Shown: piece after piece, positions 1-13,476 of the stretch
Layout of the letters: each line of letters begins with the position of its first letter
Numbering within the stretch: the stretch's first letter is position 1
Made by a program: the position numbers and the translations under genes
NCBI RefSeq assembly: GCF_009914755.1
Contig: NC_060927.1
DNA: 64,000 bases
Reading direction: 5' to 3' (one strand)
Source: the human T2T-CHM13v2.0 reference genome, Homo sapiens
The notes under the pieces: model-generated
Seen by the model: the letters and a program-made list of their open reading frames with translations, nothing else
Told to the model about the DNA's origin: nothing
Database searches by the model: none

Positions 1-56
1 ATTGCACTCCAGCCTGGGCGACAGAGCAAGACTAAAAAGAAAAAAAAAAAAAAAAA
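1..56 (+). mobile_element. Alu 3' end and poly-A tail (truncated by window edge)
   Basis: TGCACTCCAGCCTGGGCGACAGAGC + poly-A. Confidence 0.95.
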
Positions 57-129
57 GGTTTGGTGACTTCCCCAAGGTCACACAGGTAGTCATTAATGGT
101 CAAGGCTGTGTTAAAACTCGGTAAACCTG

Positions 130-800
130 TCTAGGAACGGGGCCGTGAAGTTGTGCACGGCTCCAGACACAGAAAACAGAAGCCAGAGGAGGCTCTCCTA
201 GCGGGCCGTTGGCCTCCTTGGGCCCGCGGAAGGCGGCCCTTTGGGAGCGCCTCTCTGCACCGTCCCAGCTCCGCTCCCCTCTCGGGGAAGTTGTGGGCCT
301 CGGGGGTGAGAGGACGACTGCCTGGGTTGTCGTGGCCGCAGTGACCGCTAGGGGTCGCCTTGGACACGCGAAATACGTCCGCGAGCGGAGTCCCTGCGGT
401 GGGGAAGGCGCGGGCTCTCCCAGACCAGGAGGAGGGGGACCCACCCACCTCTCTTCTTCTGCGCTGGTAAGTCCGGGGGCTCCAGCGCAGAAGCTTCGGG
501 GGTGGGGCAGAGAGGCTGTCTGGAGTTCTAGCAGCAGACTCCGCCCCGCAACCGATTGACTCCAGGGTCCTGCCGCCCCCAAGCCCCGAAACTCCTGACT
601 TCCTCCCTTCACCCCTCACCCCCACTGTCCCCAGTAACAGAGCCAATGTGAAGTGCGCCTAGGCATAATTTACTTGAGCACATTTCCCGGGCACCTACTG
701 TGTGCCAGGCTCGGCCCGCGGAGACACCCGAGTTACAGGGCAGGGCAGGATCAGCTCCGCGAGGCCAGGGCGTTTTGTCCTGTTGTTCACTTGCAGCCCG
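130..800 (+). promoter_or_regulatory. Small CpG-rich island / candidate promoter with RFX X-box-like motif and a consensus splice donor
   Basis: CpG-dense unique sequence; GTCGCCTTGGACAC 354-367; CTG|GTAAGT donor at 466/467; GC box at about 541; CCAAT at about 643. Confidence 0.55.
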
Positions 801-2336
801 GGACACACAGTAGGCCCTCCGCCAGGAGAGAATGACTAACTGGTGCTTAGCTCCTGCTCAGGCAGCCTGCAGGCGAAAGGTTCATCAGTCACTACTGTGC
901 GTGCCCCGGGGAGGCATCTCAGACCCAGCTATTCCACTTAACCTGAGTTTCTTCCCCAAATTTCCCAAACCCCTCACAGTCCATTTCACACGTGGAAAGA
1001 CTGAGGCCCAGAGGGCAGTCTATACATCCGTGGCCTTTCTTGCCTTTCTAACTGGGGGGTCCCAGGCTGCAACACTCTTCCCCTGTGCTTTGCCCCTGGC
1101 TAACTCATGTTCACAGTTCAGGTCTCAGTCAAACGGCACCTCTTCCAGGAAGCCTTCCCTGACCCACTCACTGCAACCTGGCTAAGCGTCTGCCTCCCCT
1201 TCTAGAGGGTGAAACCCTGAGAGCAGGAAGTACCTGGGCTCTGTCTTTCCTCATCTACATTTTGAGCCTGGCTTGGTGCCTGGCACAGGGTCAGAAGCTA
1301 ATGACGTTTGTTGAATGAAAAGTGGAAGGCAAGCGGCCCCAGGGCCCTGTGGGCAGCCTCCTTCTCCCTGGTCAGGGAGGCAGAAGGTGTGAGGATCCAG
1401 GTGGCTGACTTTGTGGTACCGCCGAGGCGTCAGGTGGGTCCTCCCCTGCCCCGCCCTGCCTGCGCCTCTCTCAAGTGCCCATCCCACTTCCTGGGAGAAT
1501 TTTGTGTCTGTAACACAAGGACGTGGGTTTTGGGGTTAAACCCAGAGATTCCTCAGTTTACTCATTTGCGAGAGTGACGCAAGACGGCCTGTTTGCAAAT
1601 CACTGTGAGGATTAAGTGATGTAACAGTAAAGTCCCCAGCCCGGGGCCTGGCATGGAGTAGGTACACACCAGCGGGCACACCAGCCTCAGTGCCCTGGGG
1701 CAGTCACATGGTTTCCAAGCCTCCATTGCCCCACTTGGAAAGGAGGACATGAAAGCCTACTAATGGGGAGGATGGTTTAAGGCACACAGAGCACAGCTTA
1801 GCACCTGGCACCTCACGGGTGCTTGTGAAACTGCAGCTGATGTTGAGGGAGCACTTCCTCCCAGCCAGACACTGTCCAAGTGTTTTATATGCTGGTCTAG
1901 TGTCATTCTCCCAATACTAAGGGTAGTTCCCACTCTCACCCTCCTGTACAGATGAGGCCACTCCGCTAGCAAGGGACAGAGCTGCGTATCTGAGGAGCTG
2001 GACCCTAGAGTTGCCCTGGAAACCTCCTCAGCTGCGTGTCCAGCGCTCCCTGAGGCCGGGGAAGACTGGGCCTCTTTTTGGACCCCCATTGGGTGCCTGG
2101 CACATAGTAGGTGTGCATCAGAGTTTGCTGAATGGAATAGAGGCTGCAGCACCCCGTGCGCCACCCCAGAGCCCTGTGGGTGTGAAGGTAAAGGCCTGGG
2201 CCCGTCCCTCGGGGGAAGGACAGGCACCTTGGGTGGGTTGTGGCCAGGCTCTGCACCCTTTTCCAGCCTGGTCTGTTCTTCTGCCTGTGGGACCCCCCAA
2301 GTCCCCCAGGGCAGCCCAGCCTCTCCTCTCTTTCAG

Positions 2337-2980
2337 GGCCTTGGCAACCCAGCCCTCATCGGCTGCATGTATCCTTGGAGATGAGGCTCTGGGAGCCCAA
2401 ACACAGGCCGCAGAGCTGTGGGAAGAGCCATTCTTCCCTCCTCCACCTCTCCCTGCCCCTGGGGAGCTGTGGACCTCCCAGAACCAGGCCTGCTGGAAGG
2501 AATGCATCCAAAAGGAGGCCACCACCCAAGTTGCCTGGAAGATCAACGATGGCCACAAGTACCTAAGGGAGGGGACCGTGCCCAGGAAGCAGCTCCAGCA
2601 GGCCCCATCCAGGTCAGCCTTGGTAGCGGGCCCAGTGCCTGCCACCAGCTCCCGTGATAGCAAGGAGGTACAGGTTGGATGGCCAGAGACCAAGGGGGCC
2701 CAGAACCAGCTGTCCAAGGGAGTGGGTGTCCAGGACTCCCCACCCAAGGGAGACAGAGTCTGGAAGGCCAGAAAAGCAACTCAGGGGCCAGCAGGTCAGA
2801 CCAGGCCGGAGAGTTTAGAAATGAGGCAGGTCTCCCCAAGAATCCTGCAGCTGCTCTTCCCAGGCATCTCCCACGATGGCCAAGGCCACGCCCTGGACCT
2901 CCAGGCACGGCATCGGCTGAAGCCCGAGGAGAAGTTCCAGTACCCAGTCATGTCATCCTAGGAGTACAGCTGGCACGTGG
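2337..2980 (+). pseudogene. SPMIP1/ATP6V1FNB-like disabled gene, main coding exon
   Basis: Acceptor CTCTCCTCTCTTTCAG| at 2336; the frame from 2461 reads GELWTSQNQACWKECIQKE...EMRQVSPRILQLLFPGISHDGQG...PEEKFQYPVMSS*EYSWHVG, resembling SPMIP1 as recalled; in-frame TAG 2959-2961; donor G|GTAAGG at 2980/2981. Confidence 0.8.
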
Positions 2981-4029
2981 GTAAGGGCCACCACCATCTT
3001 GCCATTCCAGGCCTCTGGCAGGCAGGCCTGGCCTCCCTCCCCAGCCTCATCCTTCACCACCCCTCACCCCGGCTCATGGACCTGGATCACCTTCCTCTGA
3101 GCACATAGACCTTGGGGATGTGCTTAGGCACCTTCACACTTCCAGGCCTTTTCATGCTCTGGTCTCTCCACTTGGGATGCTCCTCCTGCTGCCCCACCCT
3201 GATGAAATTTCACACATCACCTCCTCTGGGAAGTCTTCTGAGATGCCTCCAAGCAGATTAGTTGAGCCCACCTTCATGCTTCTGCAGGTTTTTGAGTCCA
3301 CAGAAGCACTGGGCACACGGAATCACCATTCCTTATATATCCATCTGGCCTGGGGAGCCCTTTGGGTTCCAAGACTTCTTAGTTAACTTTATTCATGCCC
3401 TCCCAGCTCCCAGCCTGGGGCTGGTACTTGACTGTGGAATGAATGAACAAATGAATGAACATGGACTAGGGATGAGAACTTGATTTGCAATCAGGAGGTA
3501 TGAGTTCAAATCCTGGTTCTACCACTTCTGAGTTGTATGATCTCAGGCAAGAGCCTCAACTTCTCTGGGCCTCAATTTTCACATCTGAAAAATGGGAATA
3601 ACCTAGTATGTGCCTTCCTGTGTCATGGAGTTTTGGGGAAATCAAGTGGGAAAGCACTTGGAATAGGAACTGTCCTCACAAACCCCCTGTGAGGTAGGAA
3701 CCAAGTGTGATTCCATCATTCAGAATGGAGAGGAGATCTGGAGTTACTGAATCCCAGCTCTACCTGGAAATGAGTCACTGAACAAACAAGCACAGAATTG
3801 TGAATCAGTTTAATTAGGAGGCTTGGGTTTGATTTCTGGCTCATTCATTCATTCAGTCTGTCAATCATTTAACAAGTGTTTATTGAGCTCCTGGTATGTG
3901 TCAGACACTTACACTTTTTGTCCCTGGGCATACAACAGAGAACAAGACAGACATGATCCCTGCCCTCACCAAAGGTAGACAACAAACAGATAATGATGCG
4001 GTGTCAGGCAGTGGTCCACACTACTACAG

Positions 4030-4775
<746 letters not shown>

Positions 4776-4954
4776 TCAGGAAAGGCCTGCTGGGAGGGAG
4801 CATTTGAGCAGAGTCCTAGGTATTACAGTATCTACTCCACAGGACTCATCCACAGAGCAGGTCTCAGCTGAGGCGCCACACAGCAACCTCCCAGTCCCCT
4901 CCTGCTCTGGCACATGCGTCTGTGTCCACTGCCTTTGAAGCCAGTGCCAGTTAT

Positions 4955-5122
4955 AGGGTTGCCAGATCTAGCAAATAAAAATGCAGGATGCCCAGTTACC
5001 TTTGAATTTCAGATAACAAATAATTTTTTAGTGTACATATTTCCCAGATACCTAAACAACAATTTGTTGTTTATCTGAAATTCAAAGGTAACTGGGCATC
5101 CTGAATTCCATCCTGGCAACCC
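4955..5122. mobile_element. MER53 palindromic hAT MITE
   Basis: Termini AGGGTTGCCAG...CTGGCAACCC; long internal inverted arms. Confidence 0.85.
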
Positions 5123-5154
5123 AATCATTGAGGTGCCGGTTCCCATGCCAGGGG

Positions 5155-5628
<474 letters not shown>

Positions 5629-6330
5629 GATGAGAGACTTACTATTGACCACTTCCCTTTCCCCACCACAGTTACAAACAGGGGCAGTGACATTCCAGTG
5701 GCTGCAAAAAGACACAGGGAAGAGGGGTTAAAGGCATAATCTGGACCCCAGCTAGGTCAGCCAAAAATGCCCTTTTACACATGTAAAGCACAGTCTAGGG
5801 CCTGGCATGAAGTAAGTGTTCAAACAAATGGTAGCTGGTATTATTAGCACTGTAGTTGGTGGTGGTGGTGACTCAACAGGCAGGATTTGCAGCCTATGGG
5901 CATGTGGGGAGCTAGTTCAGCCTTGAGTAGCCCCCACGTGCCTCCTGTGGAGCACTGGTATGGGTGGGGTATCCAGGGACAACAGGAGAAATGGGATGTG
6001 GGGTAAGTGAGCTTGGGGTGGGGTAGAGTCAGAATAGTTAATTGGAATTGCCCCCCTATCAGGACAGATCCTGGTGGTGCTGCCAAGGTGGGGTGTCAAG
6101 GTCTCCGTGCGATGTCAGGCATTACCCTTTGGTTATGAGGTCATAGGAGGGTCTGAGGGTCCTAAGGTAGGAAGGCATGGCTGGTCCTAGGTGGTACAGA
6201 AATATTGCACTTTTTTAACAACTGAAGCAGCTATAGTAGTGTGTCCCTGCTGGCCCTCGGCCCTGTGGGTTGGGGTAATGTGGCAGGAGGAAGGTGACCC
6301 TCACTCTCCCCAGCCTCTGCTGTGTTGCAG

Positions 6331-6449
6331 GGGACGCTATGAAGCACATCAAGGTTCCAACTTATGCCAAGGTCCAGTCCATCACAAAGGTGTTTTACAC
6401 CCAAAGTGGCATCTGCCATTTCCCACGGCAAACAGACCAGCTCACGTGA
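6331..6449 (+). pseudogene. SPMIP1/ATP6V1FNB-like disabled gene, terminal coding exon
   Basis: Acceptor TGTTGCAG| at 6330; phase-1 join completes Gly, then DAMKHIKVPTYAKVQSITKVFYTQSGICHFPRQTDQLT* (TGA 6447-6449); too short to appear in the ORF track. Confidence 0.72.
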
Positions 6450-6942
6450 GTCCACATGGGGAAAGGTCCCCAGAGCTGCTCCTATCCTATGCCTATGGCC
6501 CATCTGGACCCTCCGGCCAGACTCACCCTTGCTCTGCAGCTGTCGAGCCCCGCCGCCTTGCTGTGCATGGGTAGGCATGAGAGTGACTAAGGCGGGGTCT
6601 GGACCAATCGGTGGCCCTCCCTCCTGGCTGTCTGCCTCCAAGGACCTCAGCTCCTTGTAGGGCTGCCTCCGCCCCTGCCGTCATTGGCAAGGCGTGGACA
6701 TGGGGGCTGCTTTCCTGGGGGGAAACGGTGGGGTTTCCAAGTGCTCCCTCAGCAGACCCGGCGCAGGAGAGGGCTCGCTAAATCCTTAAGGTGCTAAAGG
6801 GAGAGAATATCTCCCTGCTTTTTATTTCTCTACATTCTGTTGAAGGGATCCATAGCTGGGTTGCTTAGTGCCAATTTACCCCATAGTTTAGGGAAGAAGT
6901 AGTTTACGTTTTTGCTTACCGCTTCTCTCATCCCTCAGAACC

Positions 6943-7810
6943 TGTGTTAGTCAGGGTTGCCTCACTGCTAAAACAAACAGCCCCTAAGTCCCAGTTGCTT
7001 AAACCAATAAAGACGTCTTTCCTACATGGCCGTCCAATCTGATGTTGGGCAGGTGACCTTCCACCTGCTGATCCGGGGACCCAGGCTTCTCCCACCTGGT
7101 AGCTCTGCCATCCCCTAGGGCCTCACAGCCCTCCTCTGAGTCCTCTACATCCAGCCAGGGAAAGGGGAGAGAGACTGAGCATGGAGAGAATACACCTGCT
7201 CTGAACCGCCTTGGCCTGGAGCTAAGCGGTGTCACTTCCTCTCCCATTCCACTGGTGAGAACAAGTCACATGACTCCTAGATGTGAGAGGGCTGGGTTGA
7301 TTCATGGAGCCATGCGCTCAGCAGGAAGAGGAGGAAGGGTACCACAGTGGCCTACATGTCTTGTGCAGCCACCATGCTAAATTCGAAGCTCCTTCCGGTA
7401 TCAGTTTCTTAGGGTTGCCATAATAAAGTACCCCAAACTCAGTGGCTTAACACAACAGAAATTGGCGATCTCACATTTTTGGAGGCTGGAAGTCAGATCA
7501 AGCTGTGGGCAGGGTCAAGCTTTCTCTGAAACCTATAGGGACAAACACTTTCTTGCCCTTCCTGGCTTCTGGTGGCCACCAGCATCCTTGGCCTTCCTCA
7601 GCTTCCAGCTGCAGCACTCCAGGCTCTGCGTTCCTCGTCACGTGGCTGTCTACCTGTGTGTCCCTCTGGCTTCCCATGACTGTCTCCTTAGAAGGGCATC
7701 AATCGTATTGGATTAGGGGCCCACGCCTCCAGTATGTCCTCATCTTAACGAATTACATTTGCAGTGGTCCTATTGCCAAATGAGGTGGCACTGGCAGTTA
7801 GAACTTGGAA
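6943..7810. mobile_element. Old MaLR (MLT1-type) LTR remnants
   Basis: Characteristic TGTGTTAGTCAGGGT.. and GGGTTGCCATAATAAAGTACCCCAAACTCAGTGGCTTAACACAACAGAAAT.. segments. Confidence 0.65.
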
Positions 7811-7833
7811 AAAAAAAAACTTAAATATTTTTG

Positions 7834-8313
<480 letters not shown>

Positions 8314-9457
8314 TCATTCCATACCACCTCCCTTCTGACAGCTAAACCTTGGTTACTCATATTATCTTGATGGGCCTCCCTCCTTCTCTCGGAAACAGTT
8401 CTCTTGCAGAATCCCAGACATGTCGAATGATTGTCCGTGGACCCATCTGATGTTGGTGCTCACAGAATCTGATTGCTTAGAAGGCCTCGGGCAGGTGGGG
8501 AATTCAAATAAACATCCCTGCATACAGCTCTTTCAAAACTAAAATGCTCATGGGCAGGTCTTGTTCAACCAGGATATTGTGGTACACTTCCCTCCTTACT
8601 TGGACAAAAGGGCAGTTCCTCATGCTGGACAGAGAAAGCACTGGGCAAACGAATCACTATTCCCTGGTCTCTGGTGGTCTGTCTCTTAGCCTGAACTGTC
8701 AGAGAGGAGCTAGACCACTTAAAACTGCGAATGCAACTATCTTGTCTGGTTTTCCCTGGGCAGTCTTGGGAATGTGAGTGAGCATCAATGTGGGAATGGA
8801 TTCCCTTGAGATGCACACAGCAGCCTTGCACAACAGAGCTGCTGGAAAAACACCTGCCAGGTTGAATCAAACACCAAATGACCCCCGGGTTCTCTAGAGT
8901 TACTTGATTGAATGCAACAAATATTGATCCAGCAGCTCCTGTGGGCCGGGCCTAGGCTGAGCTCCCGGGGAATGAGGGGTCAGATCTTGGAGCTCACAGG
9001 ACATAGTGAAAAGGGCTGTATGGGGGACAGTGGACACCTTTGGTGCACAGAGGAGCCTTCCTGAGGGAGGCCATTGTCATTTCTGTCATTGAAACAATGC
9101 TCAGAAAGACCTTAGCACAGTGCCTGGCTCTATACATGTGATTTATATTAATAATAATTATCTCTATCAGCAGCAAGTCTTCAAGCTCCTTAGAAAAGGA
9201 ATGGCTGCAGCATTTCTCAACTGGGATTCTGTGAATAAAAGAAACCCTACAGAAAATGACACCAGTGACTTTTCTCAGTCCTCCCAGGAATGACACCATT
9301 CTACAGGCATGGGAAAGAAGTTGATTCATTACAAACAGGGGCTGTCCCCGAATGTTAGGGCTTAATTCTTTCTGGAAGTCAGTTAAGAAAGGCTGGTGGG
9401 GAGTTTATTTAGGTATTTAATGAATACCTGTTTGATATCTGCGGGCATTGTTCTAAG

Positions 9458-10013
9458 CCCTACACTGTCCAGTTCGGTAGTCATGATCCAACCACATGTC
9501 CATTGAGCATTTGCAATGAGTCTTATCCAAATTGTGATGTACTCTAAGTATAAAACACACACTGAATTTCAAAGATTTAGTATAATGAAATGTAAAATTT
9601 CTCATTAATAATTTTTATATTGAATTTTATGTTGAAATGACCATACTTGGATAGATTGGGCTAAATCAGAGGTTGACAAACTTTCCCTCTAAAAGACTGG
9701 ATAGTAAGAATTTTCAGCTTTGTGGATCACCTGGTCTCAACTATGCAACTACTCAACTCTGCCATTGCAGTGCAAAATCAGCCATAGACAATATAAAAAC
9801 AAATGGGCATGGCTTGTTCCAATAAAACTTTATTTAAAAAAAACAGATGGTGGGCCAGATTTCCCCCACAGGCTGTATAGTTTGCTGATTTCTGTGTTAA
9901 ATAAAATATTAAATATATTAATTTCACTTATTTCTTTTACTTCTTAAAATATGGCTACCAGAAAATTTCAAATTACATTTTGGCTTATATTATATTCCTA
10001 TTGGACCAGACTG
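9458..10013. mobile_element. MER33-like hAT element interrupted by a MER58A-like hAT element (9667-9894)
   Basis: Inner termini CAGAGGTTGACAAAC...GTTTGCTGATTTCTG; degenerate 8-bp TSD GGCTAAAT/TGTTAAAT. Confidence 0.75.
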
Positions 10014-10069
10014 GTCTAAGAACTTTACAAATATTAACTCTGGGGGATGATGCTTTTACCCTGGCAGAG

Positions 10070-10071
<2 letters not shown>

Positions 10072-10105
<34 letters not shown>
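10072..10105. repeat. (GT)17 microsatellite
   Basis: Direct inspection. Confidence 0.95.
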
Positions 10106-10107
<2 letters not shown>

Positions 10108-12405
10108 GCTGAGATGTGTGAATTCCAACGACAGCCTCAAGTGAGTGTGGAGTTGGCTCCCTGGCCTGGCTTCACCACTGCTGAGTGTGGAGCCCAAGTG
10201 CAGACTGGCTTGTGGAGGTTTCCTGCGGGTATCTGGACCTGTCTGAGCCCTTTCTCTTTCTAGGTTCACCTCTGGACTAAAGGTAAGTTCCCCAAAAGGC
10301 CACCGGGTGGTGCTGTCGGACCACAAGCCATGGTGGTTGGCTCACTGGAAACCTGAGCTCTCCACCTGGCTCTGCCATTCGCTGTGTGGCCTTGGACCTC
10401 AGTTTCCTCACCTGTAAACAGGATTAGACTAGACTGAAGAGAGCACGAACTTTGAAGGCAGGCAGACCGGGATTTTAATTCTGCCTCCCCCAGGGCCCCA
10501 TTGTGGCTTTCACGGGCATTAGGCACCTTTGCCTTTATAGATCCTTTCCCCCATAAAAAATATTAAAATTGTATTTTACAACTATATTGGTATAAAGACA
10601 AACATGTTATTATTATTATGTTAATTTTTTCTTCATCCCCAAAGTTCATGTTTTTCTTTCTGATTCTGAAAGAAATTAACACATTTCCATGGGCCCTAGG
10701 CACAGTGCTGTGCCTAATGGGTGAGTCACCTGGGTTCAATACTCCCCAGCTGTGTGCCCTCGGGCAAGTTGTTTAACTTCTCTGGGCCTCACTCGCCTCG
10801 CCTATAAAATGGAGATGACATCAGACTCCACCTCGCTGCTGCGGTTGGAATTCAGTGAGATGGCCCACGCCACTGCCTCTTAGCACACAGCCTGGCACAC
10901 AGCAGCCCTTAGCAAATGGCAGCCATTACTTATTATTACCTTTAAGGATATTTTCAGCTCTAGCCTCTAGGAAACTGTGAAAAGATCTCAGGAGCGGGAA
11001 TCTCAAAGTAATGATAACTCGGAAAAATAAAACTCCCAGGGTATTTGGTGGTAGAGTTTCCCAGAGCATAGAGGGGCAGCAGGAGGAGTTTCTGTAAATG
11101 ACCAACCTCCTCCCACCTGCCATCGGAAGACGCATTTGAGGCAGGGACATGGGCTGGTATGACCCAGCCAGAAGCTGAGCAGGCCGAGGAATATGTGCCA
11201 GGCAGGGAGACCCCTGGGAAAGAGCTGAGTGCGTGTGTATGTGCACGTACACACACACACAAACCTGCATCCATAGATTCTTGTTTCCTCAAATTCCCTT
11301 ATTTTGATTTAATTTTAGTAGCTTCCCTGAATCCCAAAGATTGACGCCACTGTTGCCAGGGTCTTGGGGACCGTGGGGACCCGCTCCTCCTTTGAAATAT
11401 GGCCCATGGGCAAGTGACATGGGGATGCTGGCTCCTTCAGGATCATTCAGGTGGAAGCCCGCCCTGATCAGGAGACTCAGCAGCTGATGCAAATGTGAGC
11501 CTCTCTCAGCTGCCCTGCTTTCCACCCTCACGCCTGCCTGGGCTGGGTGCCTTTCCTCTTTCCGGGAGGGACGAGGGATGTGGCCCCCAGTTTGTCGCCC
11601 TTTCCTGGTTTGGCAACTACTCTTTATACTTGCCCTCTCCAGCCCAAGGGAGAGATAGGAGCAGGGTTGCTGAATTGCAGAAGCTCCCTTCACCCACCCC
11701 ACCCCCAGCAGGGTCAGGGAGAAGGTCACTGGGGGAGGGTTTCTGTATTTGTGGCAGGAAAGTGGTGTTGACAAGGAAAAGGATGTCACAAGGACTGGAA
11801 GCAGGGGCGTCTCCATCCTCAGGGTTACCTGCCAAAATATTTGCCGTGGTGAATGACAAAGAAATGGAACCCTGGCATGATTCCTTGTGTGGCAAAAATT
11901 CATTCTGAATAACTAAGCTCGAGCAACCTGCACACCCAGACTTAAAGCGGCCTACCCTTTAACAGAGCAAGCCCTGTTAATACAAATATACAAGTAAGGG
12001 AATTTAATTTATCGAGGGCTTACTAAGCATCAGGCACATCCTCCATGCTTTATATCCATCATCTTATTTAAACTTTACCTATGAGGTTGATTCTCTTATT
12101 ATCTCTGTTTTACACACAAGGAAACTAAAGGTAAGTAGCCTGCTCGAGGTCCCACAGCTGGTAGGTGGTAGAGACTATGGCTCCAAAGTGAGCCTGGTCC
12201 TTGCTACCATGCTACACCTCGCCTCACCAAGGGGGACTGGGAGAGTGATTTCAAATCTGGGCCTCAGATCATGTGCCTTGGAATCAACCGGGGGACTTGT
12301 TGAAATTGCAGGTTCCTGGGCCCTGGCCCAGACTCTGGGAGACTGGGACCTGGGAATCACCATGGTAACTGGTTCCCTGGGATTCCAGTGCACACCAAGG
12401 TTTAG

Positions 12406-13476
<1,071 letters not shown>

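Noticed and set aside
100-646. Overlapping 116-171 aa ORFs in the first CpG island (and similar ones at 59668-61129)
   Set aside because: GC-rich stop-poor sequence, mostly non-ATG starts, Pro/Gly/Arg-rich with no recognisable domain.
2011-2336. N-terminal part of the 316-aa ORF 2011..2961
   Set aside because: It starts at TTG, lies upstream of the splice acceptor at 2336 and has no recognisable similarity. Only the portion from about 2461 looks coding.
2959-2961. Rescue of the TAG by A-to-I editing (UAG>UIG=Trp) or readthrough
   Set aside because: I found no complementary sequence to form dsRNA here, TAG-G is not a strong readthrough context, and the upstream start/frameshift lesion would remain.
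4955-5122. miR-1302 family gene
   Set aside because: The central MER53 segment that yields mature miR-1302 is degenerate or deleted in this copy, so it is not called as an ncRNA.
11289-11908. 204-aa and 137-aa ORFs in unique sequence
   Set aside because: No recognisable homology, no convincing paired splice sites, and the composition is typical of chance ORFs.
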